Source of the DNA: the human T2T-CHM13v2.0 reference genome, Homo sapiens
DNA length: 64,000 nucleotides
Direction: 5' to 3' (one strand)
Assembly: GCF_009914755.1 (NCBI RefSeq)
Contig: NC_060926.1
The notes beneath the pieces are model-generated. The model worked only from the letters and a program-made list of their open reading frames with translations. It was not told the DNA's origin and searched no databases. This document shows positions 43,641 to 58,527 of this stretch, one piece after another; the stretch's first letter is position 1, and each line of letters opens with the position of its first letter. A program made the translations under genes and the position numbers.

Positions 43641-44778
43641 TGTGCCCAGGAGTCAACTCCCTGTAACTTGGTAGCACATGGATTTGTTAATAGTACCTTT
43701 TAAGGACCCTTCCAAAGTGCAGGGGAAAGAGTCCTGTAACTGATGTTTCTTCCAGTGTATGTAATCAGCAGGCTGGAGGTGGTGATTTTGGAGTTCATGA
43801 CACAACTGGAAGCTGCAAAAAGATTTTACAGGCCAGGTGTGGAGGCTCACTCCTATAATCCCAGCACTTTGGGTTCACTTGAACCCAGGAGTTCGAGGCT
43901 GCGGTGAGCTATGACTGTGCCACTGCACTCCAGCCTGGGCAACAGAGTGAGACTCTGTCTCAAAAAAATATGTATAATCTCGTAATGATTCATTTTTATA
44001 GCTTTGATGATCCTGCCTGCAATAAGTCTAAGTGAGATGCTTAATGTAGGATTTGATTTTGAGGACTTTTGTGAAAGATGTTAAAAGGCTCAAAACATTT
44101 GATCAAAATAGAATCCTAGGTCATTGTAAAATAATAGTTACTCATGTAACCATTGCCATCTTCAATGGCAAGGCAGAAAGTTACATGGATGTAAAAACAA
44201 GCTCAGTTTTCATAAGCAATCAAAAAACCAAATAAAAATGACACTGGAAATTATCTTGATAAAATGCAAAATCTTCGTTTTTTGAGGCCAGTTACTCAAA
44301 AGGCAAAGAAACACCTTCTGCAGTCATTGTTTCTCCTCTGGAAGCCCATTGAGCTAACCTGCAAGTCAAACCTGATGAAAAAGGATATTTGAATTTAGTC
44401 AGGTGCAGGAAGAGTGTGTCTAGGGTCATGAGTGTACCTGATGTTATGGAGGAAAGGAAACAAGAAAACCAGCACCTTGAGCAGGGCAATGCATGACTCT
44501 TAGTAACAGCATGAGAAGTTTCCTGGCTATACTGAACAATGTATAACAAGAAAAGCCAAGAGTACAGAATCAAGTTATATGAAGGAAAACATTGCTTTTC
44601 TAGACCTTTAAGATCAACATTTCAGCATCAGGCCACAGCAGTAGTTACAATTGGAAAAGAAAGTTACAGGAGCTGATGAAAAAAAAGGCTGAAAGGGAAG
44701 GTTATCATCCCAACCAAGCAAAAAGATACACCTTGGCAAGGGCACAAGAACAGAAGGCAAGGATCAACACAGAATTAA

Positions 44779-45850
<1,072 letters not shown>

Positions 45851-46169
45851 ACGTTTTTTTTATGAACCTTATCACAACTTATACAGACTGTTTACAACAT
45901 GCTGCGACTTAATGGTTTGTCCTGTGCTCTCTCTTTCTTAAATAACCAGTCATTTTACTTTAGGACAAAAATTTAGCACACAAGATTCCTTTTCATAGAA
46001 AAGTTACAGAAATCAGTCTCTTGTCCAATCAAAGTGGTCATTAGGGCTGGTGGCCGAGGGGAGCGAGTCATGAGCCAGCGTCTGGCGGCAGGTGAGATGC
46101 AGCTGTGTGAATGTGGCTTCCCTAGAGGCTGGTGCTTGTTTAGCTGCTAGAGAAAAAGAAAACCTCAGC

Positions 46170-46460
46170 AGGGCACGGTGGTTCATGCCTGTAATCCCAG
46201 CACTTTGGGAGGCCGAGGCTGGCAGAATACGAGGTCAGATCAAGACCAGCCTGACCAACATGGTGAAACCCTGTCTACTAAAAATACAAAAATTAGCCGG
46301 GTGTGGTGGTGCATGCCTGTAATCCCAGCTACTCAGGAGGCTGAGGCAGGAGAATGGCATGAATCTGGGAGGCGGAGGATGCAGTGAGCCGGGATGGCCC
46401 CACTGCACTCCAGCCTGGGCAACGGAGTGAGACTCCACCTCAGAAAAAAAAAAAAAAAGA
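46170..46460 (+). mobile_element. Alu inserted in the ERV 5' LTR
   Basis: TSD aaaaagaaaacctca. Confidence 0.92.
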
Positions 46461-46485
46461 AAACCTCATGGCAGGCAGGACATAA

Positions 46486-46930
<445 letters not shown>

Positions 46931-47754
46931 TAAACCACAAAAGGGAGGGGCTCTAACGAGCTGTATATGTCCTCCTGTCCCGTCCTAGCTGGGAACTCAG
47001 GTGTTAAGGTTTCTCTGGGGTCTCCTTGGCTAACAGGCGTCCTTTTAGTTGACTGGGAGCTTAGAATTTTATTTTTAGTTCTCAAAGCTAATCTGAAAAG
47101 GCCGCATGCTGTATGATTCCAACTATACAACATTCCGGGAGAGGCAATCTACCCAGACAGTAAGAATCCTCAGTGGTTGCCAGGGAAGGGAGGGGTGAAT
47201 AGTGGAGCTCGGGGGAATTTCGGGGCAGGGAAGCCTCTCCTGACACCATCATGGTGGATACCTGACCTCATGCACTTGCCAGGACTCCCGGAACGCAAGA
47301 CGCCAAGACTGGCCCCCAATTCGAGCTGTGGACCCTGCGTGATGGGGCCAGGTCAGTGCAGATTCGTCGCACAGCAAGGACCCAGCACCAAGGCAAAGGC
47401 GCTAACAATAGGGGTGCAGAGTGTGTGTGAGGGGCGAGGCGAGGGGCACATGGGGGCTCCGTCTACTTTCCACTCAGCTTTTCCATAAACCCCAAACTGC
47501 TTTAGATAGTAGAGCCTATTAATTTTTAAAAAAGTGTAGCTATAAAAATTCCAAGAAAAGAGAAGGAAGAAAGTGGATGACAATCAGTATAATCTTGAGG
47601 GCATCCACGTGGCCAATGGACTTGTGAAAACGTGATCGGCTGCAGGCCCGCCTTGGCTGAGGGACCCCCTGCCGCACCGGCCATTCCCCCCACAAGCCCA
47701 GACTTCCTGGAAGAGCTGGGGTCCTGCGTGCCACCTGCTCCGCCTCCTTCGGCC

Positions 47755-48440
<686 letters not shown>

Positions 48441-49499
48441 CAGCTACACCTCCCTGGGCCTCAGTTTCCCCTTCTGTCCATCAGCGAGGCCGAAGGCTGC
48501 CATGGGCTGAGGTCTCACACCCGGCGCTCCTGCCCCTGCCCCTGATTCCGGGGCAGCCTGCATAGGCCAGGCAGTGGTCGAGGCCCACTTTCCCCGCCCA
48601 GCAACTGTGGTTCAGCGGTTCAGCGGCTGACCTCCCAGCCCAGAAACAGAAACTCTTTTTCTCTTGCAAAACAGAAAGTGTCCCCATTAAACACTCACTT
48701 CCCGCTGGCTCCCCCGACCCCGGGCCCCACCGTCTGCTTTTTCTGCCTATGAACCGGCCCACTCTGGGGACCTCGTGTGTGGGGAGTCACACAGTGTTTG
48801 TCCTTTTGTGGCTTGTGCCCCTCGGTGTGACGTCCTCGAGGTTCCTCCACGCTGCGGCGGGTGTGGGAGCCCTTCCTTCCTGAGGTGACTCCCTCTGTGC
48901 GGAATCACCGTGCTGTCCGTTCCTTCCTCCGGCGGTGGACACGGAGCTGCTGCTTCCACATGGCCGCTGATTGTGAATTGCGCTGCTGGGAATGGGGTGC
49001 ACTGACTTCCATCTTTTTAAGGCTGAATACTCCTCCATGTATGTAATAACTTGGTTTTGCAGGTTGAATTGAGATAAAAACTGAAGACCCCAAACCAATC
49101 TTGGATTCTGTGGCTAAGCAGTTGGGGACGACGGTGCCCCCGTGCCCGGGGCAGGCATCCTGCGCTCTCACAGCCCTGGCCAGTGGCACCGGCAGTGCCC
49201 CTCCGGCCACACCCCGGCCAGGTTTTCTAAGGCTGGACAAACACAGGGGCCCCCACTGGTGGGTGCGGCAGACTGACTGGGGTCAGAGGTATGGGGAGAA
49301 CACGCGGAGATCCACCCAAGAAGGGGAGCGATTGTGCCACAGTCGAGGGGGCCACGGCGATGGTGTGGTCACACGGCCTCGGTCACCCTCCAGAGGACCC
49401 TCCACATCCTGAACTCTCCAGAATCTCAGGAGCCTCACCCAGACTCAGAGCGAGGTTTGTCCACACTGGAGCCCTGACGCACGAGGGTAGAGACCACCA

Positions 49500-50270
49500 G
49501 GACTCACACCGCAGCCCCCCATGCGGCCCCACCAGCCCCCAGGGCCTTGGCGCTGCACCCAGATCGCCAGCCCGGTCTCCTGTAGCCCGAGGGTGGGTTC
49601 CCTTTCAGAGGCCCCCCGCTCACCTTCGCTCCTGCTGGGAGCCCTGGGCGGACTCCCCCCCACCCCGCCCAATTCCAAGGACCCCGGGCTCCATCCACGA
49701 GGCCCACAGGACCCGCGGTCCCCCGTGCAGAGTAAGGCGTCCAACGCCCACGCACTCCGCAGACCCGGCCGGTGGGTGTGGGCGGGGCTGGGGTGGGGCG
49801 CAGGGGTGGGGGCGGCGCTGCAGGGTCGGGGGCGCGGGGGCGCAGGAGTGGGGGCGCGGGGGCGCGGGCGTGGGTGGAGCTGGCCGGGCTCAGGGGCCTG
49901 GGACACGGGGCGGGGCCGCGCCTCTCTCGCTCCGGGTCCCACGCGCCCCGGCCTCCTCCCGGCACTGTCCCCCGGGGAGCCCCGAGGCCCGGCCACACCC
50001 AGGGCGCTCCTGAAGCCGCCGCAGCTGCTGTGCGAGGCCGGGCCGACCCGCCTGGGGCGCGTGGGTGGGGCGGGAGCGCAGCCGCAGCCCGGCGGCGACA
50101 CAGGCCCGGGGCCAGCCGGGGACGGAAAAAGTGAGTGCGCGGCGGCGCGGGGCGGCCTGACGGGAAGGCGGGAGGCGAAGTGCTGACTGCGCCGCGGTCT
50201 CTCAGCCGCCAACACACCGCGGACGCCCGGGGACAGCGACCGCTTCCTCCCTCCCCGCCCGCCTTGTCTC
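49500..50270. promoter_or_regulatory. Orphan CpG island with multiple GC boxes
   Basis: Very high CpG density; ggggcgggg motifs; candidate donor AAA|GTGAGT at 50131. Confidence 0.8.
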
Positions 50271-50291
50271 TTTTTGTGAGTATCGATCTGA

Positions 50292-50605
<314 letters not shown>

Positions 50606-51544
50606 CAGTTAGGTTTTTAATTTTAATTTGGCATTGTTTGATGCTCAGACTGCTGCCGTGTCATTTTCACACGACAGCAAGTTGGGGACAGCGAGTTGTT
50701 CTGTCCTGCGCGTGTGTCCCCTCATGGTCTTGAGTGACCTGACCCTCTGTGGGGAGCCCTGAGCCTCCTCCCTGCTCCCGCGGCCCCAGCTCTCAGCTGA
50801 TGGAGGCTCCGGGGCGGGCTCAAGCCCCCGGCCGGCTTTGGACGGCTTTGCCGTTGCCGAGCCAGCGCCGTGAGCTCGTGGGCTCTGCGTCTGCACATGT
50901 TTGCCGGTGACCTCTGGGAAGTGTTTCGACGAGGATGGGGGTTGAGGGGGCAAAGGGCAAGTGCCCACCGCCTACCAGACAGCACCGGTGCGTCTCCAGC
51001 TCGGCTTCCCCGCCAGCCCCTCAGGCCTGCTCCCTGCTGCCTCGCCAACAGCCGCACCGTTGTCAGAGCTCTGTCAGCCTGGTGGATGTAGTTTCAACTT
51101 GTATTTTTGTTGAGAGAACCTGAACAACCTTTCATTGTTTAAGGGATATGGGTATGCACGCAGGCACTGCCGTATATACATATATTGTAGATACACACGT
51201 CCGCACACCTGTACACACACACCCACACACATACCCCTGTGTATGTACATACACACATTTGTATGCACACATATGTCTACACACGTGTAGACACGTGCAC
51301 ACACAGGCTCACGCACACACATTTTCTCTGAGCTGTTGGGTTATGTCTCCTGCACTTTCTCGTGTATTTTTGACCTTGCTTTTTCCAGACTCTTAGATCT
51401 TCCTACGACTGGCATATTCGCTCTTTTGTGGTGGTGCAAACATTTTCCCTCAGTTTGTTTATGATTTTTTTTGCCAAGCTAAAGTTTTTTGTTTTCCAAT
51501 ATATGGAGTTCAGTGTATCAGTCTTCTCTTTAATTGTTGCCTGA

Positions 51545-51922
<378 letters not shown>

Positions 51923-52454
51923 GGGTTCTTTTTTTATGCTTTTCTCTCTGCTGCATTTGGGATTTTGTGCATATGAGTCTAACTTAATACTTTTCCAGAT
52001 GGCTATCCCTATCCCTGGGCAGTTGGTTAAAAAGTCGTTTTTCCCCTCACTGATTTGGGTCGCAGGGACTGGGCCTGTTCCTGTGTCTTCTGGTGCTTAT
52101 CCCACCCTGTTTTCATTACAGTAAGTTTCCCCTGAGCTCATAAAGCTGGTCCTCTTTCACTTTCTTTTCATGGTTTTTTTGGCTGTTACTTGCTTGTTAA
52201 TTTTTCCATATGAGCATGGTAGTTCCAGAACTGTGGTTTTTACTGGGATCGTATTAAATTTACAAATTGTATCGGAAGAACGTGCATGTTTGCAGCTGTG
52301 GCGCCTCTTCGGGGCCCGGGGGTCAGGGTGCCTTTGATTGAGTTCAGCCTCTGCGGCAGCTTTCCCACGTTTCTGGCTAGGTTTATGCCGGGAGCATCTT
52401 CTCTCTTGCTGTCCTAGATGAAACATCGCCCGCCACTCCGTCTCCTAGCGCACT

Positions 52455-54556
52455 GTGCTGTGAATGGGGTGAATGGGTGTATGAGAGCCGTGAATTTTGG
52501 ACGCTGGCGCGCTGCGCTGTGAATGGGTGTTTGAGAGCCTTGAGTTCTGGATGCTAGCGCGCTGCGCTGTCAATGGATGAATGAGAGCCGTGAGTTCTGG
52601 ATGCTGGCGCGCTGCGCTGTGAATGGGTGTTTGAGAGCCTTGAGTTCTGGATGCTGGCGCGCTGCGCTGTCAGTGGATGAATGAGAGATGTGAGTTCTGG
52701 ATGCTAGCGCCCTGCGCTGTCAATGGATGAATGAGAGCCGTGAGTTCTGGATGCTGGCGCGCTGCGCTGTGAATGGGTGTTTGAGAGCCTTGAGTTCTGG
52801 ATGCTGGCGCGCTGCGCTGTCAATGGATGAATGAGAGCCTTGAGTTCTGGATGCTGGCGCGCTGCGCTGTCAGTGGATGAATGAGAGACGTGAGTTCTGG
52901 ATGCTGGCGCGCTGCGCTGTGAATGGGTGTATGAGAGCCTTGAGTTCTGGATGCTGGCGCGCTGCGCTGTGAATGGGTGTTTGAGAGCCTTGAGTTCTGG
53001 ATGCTGGCGCGCTGCGCTGACAATGGATGAATGAGAGCCTTGAGTTCTGGATGCTGGCGCGCCGCGCTGTCAGTGGATGAATGAGAGACGTGAGTTCTGG
53101 ACGCTGGTGCGCAGCGCTGTCAATGGATGAATGAAAGCCTTGAGTTCTGGATGCTGGCGCGCTGCGCTGTGAATGGGTGTTTGAGAGCCTTGAGTTCTGG
53201 ATGCTGGCGTGCTGCGCTGTCAGTGGATGAATGAGAGACGTGAGTTCTGGACGCTGGCGCGCTGCGCTGTCAATGGATGAATGAGAGCCTTGAGTTCTGG
53301 ATGCTGGCGCGCTGCGCTGTGAATGGGTGTTTGAGAGCCTTGAGTTCTGGATGCTGGCGTGCTGCGCTGTCAGTGGATGAATGAGAGACGTGAGTTCTGG
53401 ACGCTGGCGCGCTGCGCTGTCAATGGATGAATGAAAGCCTTGAGTTCTGGATGCTGGTGCGCTGCGCTCTCAATGGATGAATGAGAGCCGTGAGTTCTGG
53501 ATGCTGGCGCGCTGCGCTGTGAATGGGTGTATGAGAGCCTTGAGTTCTGGATGCTGGTGCGCTGCGCTGTCAATGGATGAATGAGAGCCGTGAGTTCTGG
53601 ATGCTGGCGCGCTGCGCTGTGAATGGGTGTTTGAGAGCCTTGAGTTCTGGATGCTGGCGCGCTGCGCTGTGAATGGGTGTTTGAGAGCCTTGAGTTCTGG
53701 ATGCTGGTGCGCTGCGCTGTCAGTGGATGAATGAGAGCCGTGAGTTCTGGATGCTAGCGCGCTGCGCTGTCAATGGATGAATGAGAGCCGTGAGTTCTGG
53801 ATGCTGGCGCGCTGCGCTGTGAATGGGTGTTTGAGAGCCTTGAGTTCTGGATGCTGGCGCGCTGCGCTATCAATGGATGAATGAGAGCCTTGAGTTCTGG
53901 ATGCTGGCGCGCTGCGCTGTCAGTGGATGAATGAGAGACGTGAGTTCTGGATGCTGGCGCGCTGCGCTGTGAATGGGTGTATGAGAGCCTTGAGTTCTGG
54001 ATGCTGGCGCGCTGCGCTGTCAATGGATGAATGAAAGCCTTGAGTTCTGGATGCTGGCGCGCTGCGCTGTGAATGGGTGTTTGAGAGCCTTGAGTTCTGG
54101 ATGCTGGCGTGCTGCGCTGTCAGTGGATGAATGAGAGACGTGAGTTCTGGACGCTGGCGCGCTGCGCTGTCAATGGATGAATGAAAGCCTTGAGTTCTGG
54201 ATGCTGGCGCGCTGCGCTGTGAATGGGTGTATGAGAGCCTTGAGTTCTGGATGCTGGTGCGCTGCGCTGTCAATGGATGAATGAGAGCCGTGAGTTCTGG
54301 ATGCTGGCGCGCTGTGCTGTGAATGGGTGTTTGAGAGCCTGGAGTTCTGGATGCTGGCGCGCTGCGCTGTCAGTGGATGAATGAGAGCCGTGAGTTCTGG
54401 ATGCTGGCGCGCTGAGCTGTGAATGGGTGTTTGAGAGCCTTGAGTTCTGGATGCTGGCGCGCTGCGCTGTCAATGGATGAATGAGAGCCGTGAATTCTGG
54501 ACGCTGGCGCGCTGCGCTGTGAGTGGGTGTTTGAGAGCTGTGAGTTCTGGACGCTG
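52455..54556. repeat. VNTR, 50-bp unit x ~42 (tgagttctggatgctggcgcgctgcgctgt + variable 20-mer)
   Basis: Strict 50-bp period with two interleaved unit types. Confidence 0.97.
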
Positions 54557-55446
54557 ATCTCACAGGCAGCACTCTATGGCTTTCTCATTGCCTGTGGTCA
54601 TTTTCCATGGGACCTATCGGGTTTTGCGGATGGAAACCCACATCATGTGCAGAGCCCCCGGGCAGCGTTCCCTGCCAGGCCTGATCTGCCGGATCTCACC
54701 GGGAGTTCCCAGAGCTGCGAGGTCTCTGTGCCTGTCCCTGACACAGGCATGGGGTCCAGGACTGGGCTCCAGGATGGCAAGCAGAGAATGAGCCCCGGGG
54801 TGTCAGTGGGTGTTTGGCTGCGGTGCCCGAGGGCCTGGCAGGGCTCCTTTCCCTGCACCGTCCCTGCTGCTAGCTGCCAAGGACCGCAGCAGGGTGATAG
54901 GGCTCCAGCAGACGTGACCCCGCCTCCCCCGCTGCCCCCACCCTGTGTACTTGGGGAGGGACCCGCAGATGCTGTGTCCCTCATAGCCCAGGGCAGCCCT
55001 CCCACCCCGCTGTGGACGCCCTGGCACCAGGTACCACCCCTGCCCGGAGGGACTGGTAGGCATGGGGACACGGGGGCTATGGAGCAGGCACAGTCACTCA
55101 GGGACACCCATGCCTGGCCAGGAAGCCTGGGGCCAGGGGGCCGTGGGACCCCCCTAAAAGGCCTGGGCTTGGGGAAGATGGTGTCCCCAGCCCCGTGATG
55201 TTGGAGGAATTTTTCACCGGAGGGCTCTACATGTGAGTGGGGCAAACAGGGCGAGGAGGGCCTGTGTGTTTCTGGGACAGCGAGGGGAAGGCCTGACTCA
55301 GGCCAGGATCCAGGGGAGCCACCAGCACCCTCCACACACAGCCTCAGCCTGGCTGCCGCCTTGTCCCTCCCTGGAGGCCTCCCTCCCTCCTGCCCACTGC
55401 CCCCACAGCCACCAGACAGGACAGAACTCCTTAGCATGCTCTCATA

Positions 55447-55452
55447 TTTAAT
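55447..55452 (-). terminator. PDCD1 polyadenylation signal ATTAAA
   Basis: Lone AT-rich patch at the end of the GC-rich 3'UTR. Confidence 0.7.
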
Positions 55453-56269
55453 TATAATTATAATATAATAGAACCACAGGGAAGGGGGATCCCTTGTCCC
55501 AGCCACTCAGGTGCCTGCTGGCCGCCTGGATGCTGGTGGCCCTGCCCCAGGAGTGGGGGTGCAGTGTGTGGATGTGAGGAGTGGATAGGCCACGGCGGGG
55601 GTACTAGGCCCCGGGGGAACGCCTGTACCTTCCCACCCAGGCCCTGGTGGGAGCCCGGCCAACCCCTTTAAATAATTTCAGGAATGGGTTCCAAGGAGAG
55701 CTCCCAGGGTGGGCACATGGGGGGCCCTAGGTGCCTGCACTTCTGCCCTCCCAACACCCAGGTGGCCACAGCTGGGAGGGGCCTGAGTCAACCCCAGCCC
55801 TGCCCTCCTGACCTTGGGACCGTAGGATGTCCCTCTCCCGAGTGGTGTGAGGGGCTGGGGTGGAATGCGGCGGCAGGAGGCCAGAGTGCTGGCTGGGCCT
55901 GAAAGGCCTCCAGCTCTGCCTGCCCGCTTACTGCCTCAGCTTCCCTGCCCCACAAAGGGCCTGAGGTGCTGCCTGGGCATGTGTAAAGGTGGAGGGGTTT
56001 CCTGCCCTGCCCACCACAGCCAGGAGCTCTTCTGACCTTCCCTGAAACTTCTCTAGGCCTGCAGGGAGCAGATAACTCCTGGGGAGTCCCCAGCCCCATG
56101 TACCTCCCACTCCTGTGCCCAGTCTTGGGCCCTGCGTCCAGGGCGTTTCGGGATGCCACTGCCAGGGGCACCTTGGCTGCTCCAAGGCCATCTCCAACCA
56201 GCCCCCAAGTTCAGGCAGGAGGCTCCGGGGCGTCAGGCAGGGCCACGGCGCCTTCAGCCCCGGGCCGCA

Positions 56270-56271
<2 letters not shown>

Positions 56272-56301
<30 letters not shown>
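56272..56301. repeat. (CAG)10; reads (CTG)10 in the PDCD1 3'UTR
   Basis: Ten uninterrupted triplets. Confidence 0.95.
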
Positions 56302-56302
<1 letters not shown>

Positions 56303-56604
56303 GATTCAGGGAGCTGGACGCAGGCAGCTCTGTGCTGGCAGGACCTGAAGCAGTGACTGCATCTGGCCCTCCCTGTAGGGGACGGTGACACCTGCTGCCT
56401 GGGCTCACTGTGGGCATTGAGACATGAGTCCTGTGGTGGGGCTGTGCCTGGTGCAGGTGCAGGCTGGAGCCCCGGTCGCCCCCAGGCAGCTCAGCCCCTG
56501 GACGGCCTGCAATGGCCTGCACCCTGCCTGCTTCTCCTGAGGAAATGCGCTGACCCGGGCTCATGGTGGAGGGTCTGCAGAACACTGGTGGCCAAGGAAG
56601 CCGG

Positions 56605-56844
56605 TCAGAGGGGCCAAGAGCAGTGTCCATCCTCAGGCCTCAGTGGCTGGGCACTCCGAGGGCCGTCGGCTGAGCCCCTGCGGGCGGGGGATGAGGTGCC
56701 CATTCCGCTAGGAAAGACAATGGTGGCATACTCCGTCTGCTCAGGGACACAGGGCACGGGGGGCTCCGGGGTCTTCTCTCGCCACTGGAAATCCAGCTCC
56801 CCATAGTCCACAGAGAACACAGGCACGGCTGAGGGGTCCTCCTT
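56605..56844 (-). CDS. PDCD1: PD-1 exon 5 (ITIM and ITSM cytoplasmic tail)
   Basis: KEDPSAVPVFSVDYGELDFQW...TEYATIVF...HCSWPL-TGA; tcaaAG acceptor. Confidence 0.98.
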   Translation of the reverse strand, partial: KEDPSAVPVFSVDYGELDFQWREKTPEPPVPCVPEQTEYATIVFPSGMGTSSPARRGSADGPRSAQPLRPEDGHCSWPL

Positions 56845-57149
56845 CTTTGAGGAGAAAGGGAGAGGGAGTCAGCCCCACGGCCCACCGCAGGAAGGAGGCC
56901 CGCGGCTCCACAGCCTGGCTGCAGTACCGGCACCGAACCTGGGCCCCCCACTACGAGCTGCTTACCCTGAGCTGTCCCACCACTGCCCTCTGTGTGATCT
57001 GGGGACACCACCCCTCCTCTCTGGCTCAATGTCCCCCTCTGAAATGTCCCTGGCATTCTTGCAGATTTAGGATTCCAAAATGTGACTTTTCAAGCTCTCC
57101 TGTCTCCAATGTAAGATAAGAAATGACCAAGCCCACCCCACGCCCTCGC

Positions 57150-57316
57150 AGGTGGGCACACGCATGGGCCGGGCACACCTGGAGACCGCAGGCAGGCACA
57201 TATGTGGGCCGGGCACCCCCAGAGACCGCAGGCGGGCACACGCGTGGGCCAGGCACCCCTGGAGACCGCAGGCAGGCACACACATGGGCCGGGCACCCCC
57301 GGAGACCGCAGGTGGG
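57150..57316. promoter_or_regulatory. PDCD1 intron-4 tandem-repeat enhancer (40-bp units with RUNX sites)
   Basis: Repeated gggccgggcacccc.ggagaccgcagg; ACCGCA is TGCGGT (RUNX) on the minus strand; matches the described PD-1.3 region. Confidence 0.8.
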
Positions 57317-57495
57317 CTGGGGCCCCAGATCATGGCTTTAGGGATTGAGGTTGCTGCCTGGGGGCTGGGGAGGTGGGGTCCTGGCTATAATAGAATGTGA
57401 GTCCTGCAGGCCGTGTGGTCCCAGCCTGTCCTTCCACCTCTGCCCACCCAGGAAGGAAGGCACAGTGGATCATGCAGGAAAAGAGTGAGACTCAC

Positions 57496-57530
57496 CAGGG
57501 GCTGGCCGGTGCGCCTGGCTCCTATTGTCC
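57496..57530 (-). CDS. PDCD1: PD-1 exon 4 (35 bp)
   Basis: ctgcAG acceptor and GTGAGT donor; (G)TIGARRTGQPL. Confidence 0.96.
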
Positions 57531-57744
57531 CTGCAGAGAAACACACTTGGGGTCACCAGGCCGACCCTGAGCCGTGCTCCTAGGTGGGGGGTCTTAGTCC
57601 AGGGGCCTTCATCAGGGACTTAGCCTGGCGGGGAGATGGGGGGAGGTGGGGTGGGGTGAGGGAAGGGTGGAGGAAGGGGAGGCGGGAGTGAGGGCCGCCA
57701 GCAGGGTTAGGGCAGGGCAGGCCGAGGGGCTGGGATGACGTTAC

Positions 57745-57900
57745 CTCGTGCGGCCCGGGAGCAGATGACGGCCAGGACCCAGACTAGCAGCACCAGGCTG
57801 CCCAGCAGGCCGCCCACGACACCAACCACCAGGGTTTGGAACTGGCCGGCTGGCCTGGGTGAGGGGCTGGGGTGGGCTGTGGGCACTTCTGCCCTTCTCT
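57745..57900 (-). CDS. PDCD1: PD-1 exon 3 (stalk and transmembrane)
   Basis: (E)RRAEVPTAHPSPSPRPAGQFQTLVVGVVGGLLGSLVLLVWVLAVICSRAAR; canonical AG/GT. Confidence 0.97.
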
Positions 57901-58167
57901 CTGGAAGGGCACAAAGGTCAGGGGTTAGGACGGGGTCAGGGTGGAGGGTCAGGGTCAGGGGTGAGGGCAGACTAGAGGGGCTGGGGTGCTTCCAGAGCTA
58001 GAGGACAGAGATGCCGGTCACCATTCCCCAGGTGCAGGACAGAGCCCTGGACTGGAGCTGGGGGGTCCCTGCCCTACGACCCTGGAGCTCCTGATCCTGT
58101 GCAGGAGGGGACACCCACCCCAGGACCGGCTCAGCTCACCCCTGCCCCGGGGCCTCCGAGGCCGCAC

Positions 58168-58527
58168 CTGTCACCCTGAGCTCTGCCCGCAGGCTCTCTT
58201 TGATCTGCGCCTTGGGGGCCAGGGAGATGGCCCCACAGAGGTAGGTGCCGCTGTCATTGCGCCGGGCCCTGACCACGCTCATGTGGAAGTCACGCCCGTT
58301 GGGCAGTTGTGTGACACGGAAGCGGCAGTCCTGGCCGGGCTGGCTGCGGTCCTCGGGGAAGGCGGCCAGCTTGTCCGTCTGGTTGCTGGGGCTCATGCGG
58401 TACCAGTTTAGCACGAAGCTCTCCGATGTGTTGGAGAAGCTGCAGGTGAAGGTGGCGTTGTCCCCTTCGGTCACCACGAGCAGGGCTGGGGAGAAGGTGG
58501 GGGGGTTCCAGGGCCTGTCTGGGGAGT
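58168..58527 (-). CDS. PDCD1: PD-1 exon 2 (IgV domain)
   Basis: (D)SPDRPWNPPTFSPALLVVTEGDNATFTCSFS...DSGTYLCGAISLAPKAQIKESLRAELRVT; 360 bp; exon 1 is beyond the window end. Confidence 0.98.

Noticed and set aside
52455-54556. CRISPR-like appearance (constant 30-mer plus variable 20-mer)
   Set aside because: The variable parts are only two recurring types rather than unique spacers; human context; no cas genes
56098-56388. Poly-Q ORF on the plus strand
   Set aside because: Antisense reading of the PDCD1 3'UTR CTG repeat; no coding evidence
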